This document shows, in pieces, positions 45,101-64,000 of a stretch of DNA of 64,000 nucleotides. The translations under genes were made by a program, and so were the position numbers. Source of the DNA: Tubiluchus corallicola (Eukaryota > Animalia > Priapulida). A model generated the notes under the pieces. It saw only the letters and a program-made list of their open reading frames with translations, was not told where the DNA came from and searched no databases. Position 1 is the first letter of the stretch, and each line of letters begins with the position of its first letter. The stretch lies in assembly GCA_030141605.1 (NCBI GenBank), contig JAQGDQ010000369.1:124001-188000 (forward strand). Reading direction: 5' to 3'.

Positions 45101-48100
45101 AATGCTGATGATTTTTGCTATAATAGGCTGATTTATCCTTTCAAACTTTCTCGCCACAGCAAGTAAAGCCCATTTCACACTGAAGGCGCGCGGCAAAGAT
45201 TCTCGAGAAAAAAATCTTGGCGGAACTATTCGCGAAAACGGAACGCATTGCTTTCTATGGCGCATTTCACACAGCTGCCTCATGAGGAATTCCGTTGCCG
45301 GAGAACTATAGGGGCTATACCTCGGGAGGAAATTTGCCGCTCGGTAAATGGAATAGAACATTTTCCATGTTCATGAAGATTCCTTGTGGAATTGACAGTA
45401 ACATTTAACTGTTCAATTACAATGCTTTATCTTGTTTAACGAAGAATAATTAACATAATTCGGCTCATGTTATAATTATAACGCAATTATAAGCTTTTAA
45501 TCCATCTTTTATCATGTACACGATTTTTTGTTTTATTGATGCAACAGCGATGCTTACATTCGTGAAAGTAAATAAATAACATAGACCTACACATAATTAT
45601 ATACTCACAAAACGTGAAGTGGTTAGTGGGCACTTTCATAATGAGCAGATCTTCCATTGATAAATCCATTAATTAGAATTTATCTAAATGGCAAGCTGGA
45701 AAGGACTGAATGTTGAAGTCATCTGGACGCGCGGTTTCTGTCGACGAAAGTTTTTTTAAAAATTCCTGACGACAATTTCGTGCGTCATCACTGTGAAATT
45801 GGCGCAAGACGCTGGTCACTCACAGTGTCGAGTGGCGAATGAACGAAGGTCCCGAAACATTCTAGAGCAGTTTTTAATGATTCGTCACCCACAGAACCAA
45901 CACCCTGACAGAGTGGGTTCGTACTATCTCAACTCTACCTTGCAGTAAGCACCTAAAGCTTTAGCATCAAAGCAACGAAATCTGTAAGCAGTGTACTCGT
46001 GTCGTGTTTAGGTCATTCTTTGATTTGGAGATTCCATAATCGGCTAAACTTTACATTTCCACACGCACAAGAAATTAGTTCGTGAAGCGGATTAGGGACA
46101 GGGTTAGGGTAGGGTTTGCAGACGTCCTTCATATACGGGACATGTGCCATATTTGATAAATTTGTCCCCTATGTCCCGTATTTAATTCATTTTCAAATTT
46201 TGTAATAAAAATATATTTTTACTACCATCTTACGGTTCTTAGTTTTGTCTTTATACGTAATTGTACTTTTCTTTCTCAGATTCTCTTGATGAAAATAACC
46301 CAAATGTAACGAGGGACACTAGTGTTGCTAGATGTTTTTACAAAACAGACGTGTTTGCTGCTTGTTTACAACTTGTTCAGTTCCTATGGTTACCGTTTTG
46401 AACTCCATCCCAAATAAATTTTTAGCTTATTTACTGTATTGCTTTTTCAAAAATTATTTTTCTTTACATTTTTACATTGTAAGAATTTTGCAATGATTTC
46501 ACTTTCTTAGAATTTCTTTTAGTTATCTGCATTGCCTGTATTAAATAATTATAATACTTCTCGGTACTAAATAAATATTTTCAAATGATTTCACTTTTAC
46601 AAATTTTCTTTAACTTGTATTAAATAATTTTCAAATGATTTCAAATCATAACACATTAACAACCTTGCTTTTAGTTTTTAAGTTATGTCTCTAGTGTTAT
46701 ATAATATATTGTCTGGGTGTGTGGTATGTATAAATTTATATATAGAGAGAGATTTTAAGTGTCTCGTATTTCTAATTTTCTAATCTGGCAACCCTAGGTT
46801 ATGGTTAGGGTTAGGATTACGGCTAGGATCACACCCACATGATCCACTGGAAAACTGTCCCGACCCATGACCCACTGTCCCATTTCCTGCTTTGTTATTG
46901 CTACGAGCACTTACCATTAATTGTAACGTTGCATATGACCTTCACTATATATTTAATTTTATTGAAATAATTGCAATGAAATTAGACTTGCCTTAATAAT
47001 CGACTTTCAGTTGAGTAGTTTAGTGGTCATGGCGTTAGATTCGTAATACAACAATCCCTGGTTCAAATCTAAGCTCACGCCAAAGGTTTATTTGTCTGTC
47101 CGTTTGACAATAATAAAAATATGGTTATATATAAAACCATATATAAAACTCAGGCTGATATTTTCACATTTTTTTCGGTCAAGTTCAGTATCAGGCTGCA
47201 ATAATTGTGTGTTTATTTCATTATCATCATCAAAACTGTTGGCACTTACAAAATACAAAGTGGTTCTCATTTTTCTTTTCTCTCCTTTTTTTTCTTTCCC
47301 TTTCTTCTTTTCTTTAACCTTCAACTTTTTTCTTTTCGTTTCTCTTCAATGTTTTTCTTTTCAACCTTCAAATTTCTTTGCTAGCGTGTCTGATAAATAA
47401 ATTCTGGATGCGAAGCAGTCCGGGTAAAACTAAAACTTAGTGCTGTCCCTATACTTTACAACGTGTATTGTTATCGCAGTGCATTCATAGCGACTGAAAT
47501 AAATGAATAACGTAACCACGTTCTAGGAAATGGCAAATAATTTTGCAACAAAATTTCCACTGAGGTTGCATGCGACGTAAATTGCGTTATAGGTGAAAAA
47601 TATGAGCGCGGCAAAACTGTAAACTTGCTTCAGGCTCGCGTTTCAGCGTGGATCAAAGTTACCGCAATGCACGCGTAGCTTTGAGGCGGCTAGAACAAGA
47701 TGAAAATCAATTTCGTCTTTTTAACATTTTAAGATTGTAGTTACGTCATTAATTAGTTACGCGGAGTGATCTCGGATAGTTGTAATGCGTTTACTTAGCC
47801 GTACTAATGCGCTTGGTTAATGAAAGTGAGTAATTGGCACGTTGAAGGTGTCGTATTGAAGTTTATTTCTTAATAATTCAGGCCGCCAGCAGAGAAATTT
47901 AAAGAAAGGGGCACCTGAAGTAGGTTTCAGAAAAATCGCCTTAAAAATTACGTTACTTTATAGCAATTTTATGCGTATATCGTACTCGTGTTGAAAGGAA
48001 TTTTGTTTGTTTTCATTTTAAACTTCCCGCGATACTGTACCGACCGCGTTATTACACGACGTCATATACGCACAACGTAAATCAGGGGAAGAAAATGCAA

Positions 48101-49243
48101 TGTTAAACTATGTCCCAAAACCTTTCCGTGCAAAATTATATTACTTCGCATTTTGCTTACCCGCTGAAAGACTGGTGCAACTAGAAAAGAAAATTATCAA
48201 TTATTTAAACTTCTTTCAGCAATTGGTAAAAAGTCATTGACTCACCAGGGTGCACCAGTCACTAACCAAAAACGTATTTTCAATCTTATTGACAAGATAT
48301 AGTAATTTCAAATTTTACTTAGTTAGTGACGTGTGTGCTACGAATGCTCTGATTATTTTTTTTCAAACTTTACACAATGTTATCTAAACAGGTTTCAAAT
48401 GACCTGTCGTCAAAATGGCAGCGTCTAACGGCCATCGAGGGAGTTTAAATTTACATGTTTTATACAACGTAACAACCGATTGAAGTCATGCATGCAAAAA
48501 AGCAGAAAGTATGTGGAATAAACTTTCAAGACGAATTTTTTAAGCTTTGTGTAAGTTGAGGGTTTTCTTGTGCTTTAAGCTTGTTGCAGAGAAAACTGTA
48601 ATTATGTAATATATGGGTCTTGGAATACCGCCATATGGCTTCATATTACACACTTGAGGTGCTGACGTCATATCTAGGTAGTTAAACAGCGCTTATAAAT
48701 AATAAAACGCTCACAGGCATTAGTCTGATAATCAATTACTTTGTGTCACACGATCTGTAAGTTTACAATAATTAAGTGTTTGTCATGATTGCTTCTCACA
48801 ACGTTGATTTTTTGTCATTTTTCCTCTGTGTTTTCATTTAGGAGGATTGTGGCGTCAACACGACCATAAATGGTGGAAACGTTGCAAATGTTAGTGTCCG
48901 AAAAAAACCATGTTTGCTGGTTGTTATTTTCATGTTAATAAAACGCAAGAGTACTAAAAGTTGAATTGGTCTATTACAGAGTGCAATGAACAAATGATCA
49001 CCATTTTCTAAAGCCCAATATAACATAAAAGTAAATGCAAAAACTCCAATCCAAAAATCGTGCAACGCAGATTTGAACTAGGGGCTTTTCAAATTCCAAG
49101 TTTTTAACACGTTAATTTAGACACTAATTATTAGACATTTCTCAGATAGCTAAATGTCTAGATTCTAGATTGAACTTCATATTTAATTTAAAAGACGATC
49201 TAGTGCGTATAACTATTTAAGAAGCAAACAAACGTGTAACTAC

Positions 49244-49324
<81 letters not shown>

Positions 49325-49708
49325 CCTCCCTCCCTCTCTCCCTCCCTCCCTACCTCCCTCCCTCCCTCCCTCTCTCTCTCTCTCTCTCCTCTCTCTCTCA
49401 CTGCTCCCTCAATAAGCTAATTAATAAATTTAACTTAGTCATATACAGTAAAATCTTTTACAATAGTTACATGAACACGTCTGTTGCCCCAAAATTCGCT
49501 TCCTTTCTTCATTTTTATAGCCGCTTAATTTCGACTACTTAATTAACATTACGCAGAGTAATTCAGTTCATACCTGTGTCACGCTGTTAATGTAATATTT
49601 CCAAGGCTGGTTTGGAAGTCTGTATCCTGTGTCGACGTGTGGCTCCCTGAACAACTTGGGTAAGTCTTCACTATTTAGCAGAGTTCCCCCGAGGATACTT
49701 TTCCCCAT
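42176..49708 (-). CDS. Class II PAQR / membrane progestin receptor alpha/beta-like (PAQR7/8-like), 2 coding exons, 332 aa
   Basis: Exon 49708-49574 (MGKSILGG..LPKLFREPHVDTGYRLPNQPWKYYINSVTQ|GT) splices to exon 43039-42176 (AG|YHNESMNIWTH..SVVAHSLHSK..DYAGI..PEKVFPGSCDFLLNSHQLFH); total 999 nt. The PAQR motifs ExxxNxxxH, SxxxH, DY and HxxxH are intact, with multiple TM segments. Confidence 0.92.
43430..44237. repeat. 16-bp minisatellite (TGCTCAGAATCAACCY), about 50 copies
   Basis: Tandem units in the PAQR intron; explains the ORFs at 43500-44204. Confidence 0.96.
44295..44612 (-). mobile_element. Dispersed repeat (probable MITE end); inverted partner at 47905-48234
   Basis: Reverse-complement similarity, e.g. 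GAAACCTACTTCAAGCGCCCCTTT vs AAAGGGGCACCTGAAGTAGGTTTC. Confidence 0.75.
46110..46796. mobile_element. hAT (Blackjack-like) MITE inserted in a TTAGGG-like tract
   Basis: TIRs TAGGGTTTGCAGA / TCTGGCAACCCTA; TSD GGTTAGGG / GGTTATGG. Confidence 0.8.
47905..48234 (+). mobile_element. Dispersed repeat, inverted partner of 44295-44612
   Basis: Colinear reverse-complement match over about 320 bp. Confidence 0.75.
49246..49400. repeat. (CT)n / (CCCT)n polypyrimidine microsatellite
   Basis: Visible directly; purine-rich on the PAQR sense strand. Confidence 0.98.
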
Positions 49709-49871
49709 TGTGCAACTTATGACGCGCACTGAAACGTTAAAACATTTGAATTACTGATTCTACCTTTTTAATTTTTCGTTCCTAGCGGTTAGACAACTAA
49801 AATGGGGAAACTTTTAAGCACGGACCAGTCGGCCCATAATAGGGCTGACAGTACGCAGCAGAATGACTTAC

Positions 49872-52322
49872 GTACGCAAAATGGTCCACGCTATCGCCTA
49901 GGAAACAACGTTGTCTATTGTTACGATTTTTAACTACGCGCTCGGGCTAGATCGTCCACTAATTATTGAATGAGATAACAGATTTCTGTATGTTTCAACC
50001 AATTATTCACTCATCTCCAATGTAGAAATGATTTTCAAATAAAAATGTAGCGACAATAAACCTCGAGTGAAATGTACAGCAGAGCAACGTAACTTTATAG
50101 ACTCGCGCACTACACACGATGCTTTATTACGTAATATAATTATGAAACCATAAGTTCGTAAAGAAAAGAAGCCAAGCACCGCCAGCGCGTGATTGTTAAA
50201 CTACTATGCAACTTCCTCGTCGGACCATTCAACAATGGATCCATATAATCTAGCCGTCTTCTGCATGGATTCTGAGCCAACTTCGCTGTCTGCATTTATT
50301 GCAAATTAAAAACAAAAACTGAGAAAATTACGATAAAATACACACCATACCGAGAGCGAACTGGGCTTCATCGATGCTTGCCCGGCTCAGAGAGAGTGGC
50401 TGAATCGATTGATGAAGCTCGAGTGAGTGTTCATGCTGTATGACAAGCCTGCACGCTCATCACAATCAGACATTACCAGCAAGAGAGCAATAACGCATTT
50501 ACGCCTTTCTCCTACCCAATCTTGTTAACCAATTACGCTCATGAGACTAACAATTACCTTCATAGTTCCTTACTTACACTAGGCCACTCAGTGAAATGAA
50601 GCAAAATAACGACAGCTAAAACTAGGGATTGTATCCAATAATTTTAGGTTATGTAGGTTATAGTTACATTGAGTTATTATAATAGGTTTTCATATTCAAC
50701 GCTTCTCTGCGGTATGAGTGCCTGGAATACGATGAACCCGGGTTCGAGTCCTTTTGCGCGTTGCCTTCTTTTGGTTAGAGCTTACAATTCCCCACACACA
50801 ATAATTTAGTTCGTGAAACGGATTAGGATTAGGTTTGGGTTAAGGTTAAGGTTAGAGTTACAGTGAGGCTTGGGTTGGGGTTAGGGTGAGGATTAGGGAT
50901 AAGGTATTTAAATTGTGTGGGGAATTGTGAACTCCTTCCTTTTTTAATTTTTACAAGAGTTGTTTGGTTAGAGTTAATTAGATAACACAAGCTATTATCA
51001 TCTGTTAATTGTCAACGGACTAAACGTTAAAAACAGTTTATCATAATTTTTTTAAATATATTAAATAATTTTAAATTATAAGTTTTTTCCAGGCTTATTT
51101 TCTGAACATTGAAATAAGCCTAACGTCCCAGAAGGCTTGTGACAATGAAAGAATTATCATTTCGGAAAAAGTAGTAAAGTTAAATATATTCGCAATAATA
51201 ATGATAACACAAAAATTTAATGCAGGTGAACAATTTTTGTAACAATAGCTGAGGGGATGGGGAAGTAAGTTAGGCAACGCGAAGCCTTCTCAGTAAATGG
51301 ATAGGTGGGTCAGGAAATTTTTTTAACTGGCAATTTCATCTAGTACAGTAGAGCTTTTTTGTGTACGCGGAATTTGATTGGTTAAGATTCCCAGCTATCT
51401 CTGATGGGTCACTGTGACTTTTTCATATTAAAATATTATATTTGATGAAGTATTATAATTATTTTGCTGTATTTTGTTTATGCTTTGCTATTGAGCACTG
51501 AAGTGTGCCAAATTATAGAATGATAATGATGAGTATAATGGAGACGATGGAAATAAGTGCGTGCCCTAGTTTACTCAGATTTAATCTTATAGCCGTAGAA
51601 AGTAAGCAGCAAAATTTAATTCTGAACTATAGTAGCAAGCAAGAGTCCTTGAATTTCCTGTATTCCATATAGAAGCGTGTACTACAAATTAACAAATTTT
51701 TGAGCTTATTCAAGTTATTTGTGATTCATAGGTGCGCTATTTAATTATATCAATGTATTTTATTCTTAATCAGATCATGCACCGATAGCCATTACAGAGC
51801 TTGCGTAAGCTTTAGGCAAGCAGAATTCCTAAGATAAAAGAAATCCGTCCTCAAGACAAGTAAACACAGTAGGTAATCAGCAAAAGGCTAGGCACTGCTA
51901 TGCTAGTAGCTTGTAACTTTTCACCACCACTGTATTCATGGTCGGCATTGAAAAGAACAGTTTTAGTCGCAGAGAAAGCGCTGAATACGTATTGTAGGGT
52001 TTTAAGATCACGAAGATCTTTCGTACTGCCGTTTCATTTACACCACGAAAATCTGCGTAAAATTAAGTTCGTTAAATTTTTCTTGAATATTAATAAGTTA
52101 CGATGTACAATGGTGAATAACTATTTACGAAAAAAGGCATTACTGTGACAGTTCGTTATTTTTTATTTTTCTAAAAACATCGTCTGACGTCATTAAATTT
52201 TCCAGGGGTTGACTAGTGCAGTAGTGATAGTTACCGTCCGGTACGACGACTACTAATTCACATTAACATCCCAGTGAGTTTAAACAAACTTGAGCAAAAA
52301 GTGCAGGATTTACTTTGAGTAG
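49872..52322. promoter_or_regulatory. Divergent promoter region between PAQR (-) and FAK (+)
   Basis: Head-to-head start codons about 3.1 kb apart, and relatively CpG-rich. Putative PAQR 5'UTR intron at 49729-49871 (GTAAGT..TTTCAG on minus). Putative FAK non-coding exon donor AG|GTAATC at 52323. Confidence 0.55.
50773..50939. mobile_element. Small inverted-repeat element with an internal degenerate telomeric (TTAGGG-like) tract
   Basis: Perfect 15-bp IR ACAATTCCCCACACA (50784) / TGTGTGGGGAATTGT (50914); relatives at about 46050 (+) and 63665-63760 (-). Confidence 0.75.
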
Positions 52323-52811
52323 GTAATCAACACTCAATATTGTTGAAGAATGAAGATTTGAAAACAAACAAAAGCGCAATTAGGAGTATAAACCGACGTT
52401 AATTTTGGTAAAATGCAAAATAGATAAGCTGCTTATATCTTAAAGCATGAAACATATGTGATGATTCTTGCACTGTAAATTGGTTCTAATGTCTATCTGT
52501 AAAGCCTGTACGTTCTATCTGTGAAGCCTTGTGTTTCACTAACTAATCAACTTAACGTGAAGAGGTGTTTACAGCTGAATAATCCTCTTTGAATTTTTTT
52601 GAAGAGATTGTAAAATCATTCTAATTAATAGGTAACTATTAATAAACTCTAGGTAATTAAATAAACTAAACAAAATGCCCTTTGTATGCAGGACTTGTTT
52701 TGTGTTTAAATATTAATGAGTTTTGCCTTTTTCTTATATTTATTAAAATGTCTTTCTTTACCATCTACAGTATCGGTTATTGCCGAACTCCATGCTTTCG
52801 TGACGTTAAAA

Positions 52812-63466
<10,655 letters not shown>

Positions 63467-64000
63467 GTGAGAATGTTTGAAATTTAATTTTTTAATGTTT
63501 CTACTTTGTAATTGTTTTTCTTTTTGTACGTGTCTCGGTATTATTTTTGTAAGGAGTTTAAATATTTATATAAATATTAATACAATTTGATTATCTTAAT
63601 CCTAATGCATCTCTCGGTATTATTTTTGTAAGGAGTTTAAATATATTAATACAATTTGATTATCTTAATCCTAACCGTAACCCTAATCCTAACCCTAACC
63701 TTCATCCTAATCCATTTCACGAACTAATTTCTTTTGTGTGTGGAGAATTTTAAACTTTAGCTTTATTTTTAATTTACAACAATAATGATGAGATTTTTTT
63801 TATAAATGTGTAAGTCTATAAAAAGCTTTTTTCTGGGATATTTATGATTGCTGTTCAATAGCTGATAAATATGGAAGGGTTTTTTCTTTATCCACAATTT
63901 GGACGCTAATCTTTACAACTGCACACGAAGTTTCTCATTATGTAGACTACTTAATGTTGTGGACAAATATCTACAGTTGATGATTAATGTTTATTAATGC

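Noticed and set aside
44874-45361. ORFs nested in the PAQR intron
   Set aside because: No recognisable domain; higher local GC explains the open frames. A minus-strand GTGAGT donor at 45818-45823 was noted but could not be built into an exon.

Overview
AT-rich, intron-containing animal genomic DNA, most likely invertebrate (taxon not assignable from this window alone), not prokaryotic. Manual splicing at GT-AG sites with matching phases gives five protein-coding genes. (1) The 3' part of a thiopurine S-methyltransferase (TPMT)-like gene, cut by the window start. (2) A complete, strongly diverged tandem TPMT paralog (236 aa). (3) A complete microcephalin/MCPH1 (15 exons, about 705 aa, three BRCT domains). 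(4) A minus-strand class II PAQR / membrane progestin receptor-like gene (332 aa). (5) The FERM-domain 5' part of focal adhesion kinase (PTK2/FAK), cut by the window end. Introns carry many non-autonomous DNA transposons (hAT with 8-bp TSDs, Tc1/mariner-pogo with TA, TTAA-flanked Kolobok-like), LINE and SINE remnants, and unrelated minisatellites. No CRISPR array, rRNA or convincing tRNA gene was seen, and I cannot claim a new multi-gene system. The best leads are: an MCPH1 that ends in its own BRCT-ligand-like motif (RSPSPEF-COOH); a possible BRCT2/3-less short MCPH1 isoform; divergence of substrate-pocket residues between the TPMT paralogs; and a duplicated splice donor that could give a hydrophobic-tailed TPMT. 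All gene models are hand-derived and need RNA-seq confirmation.
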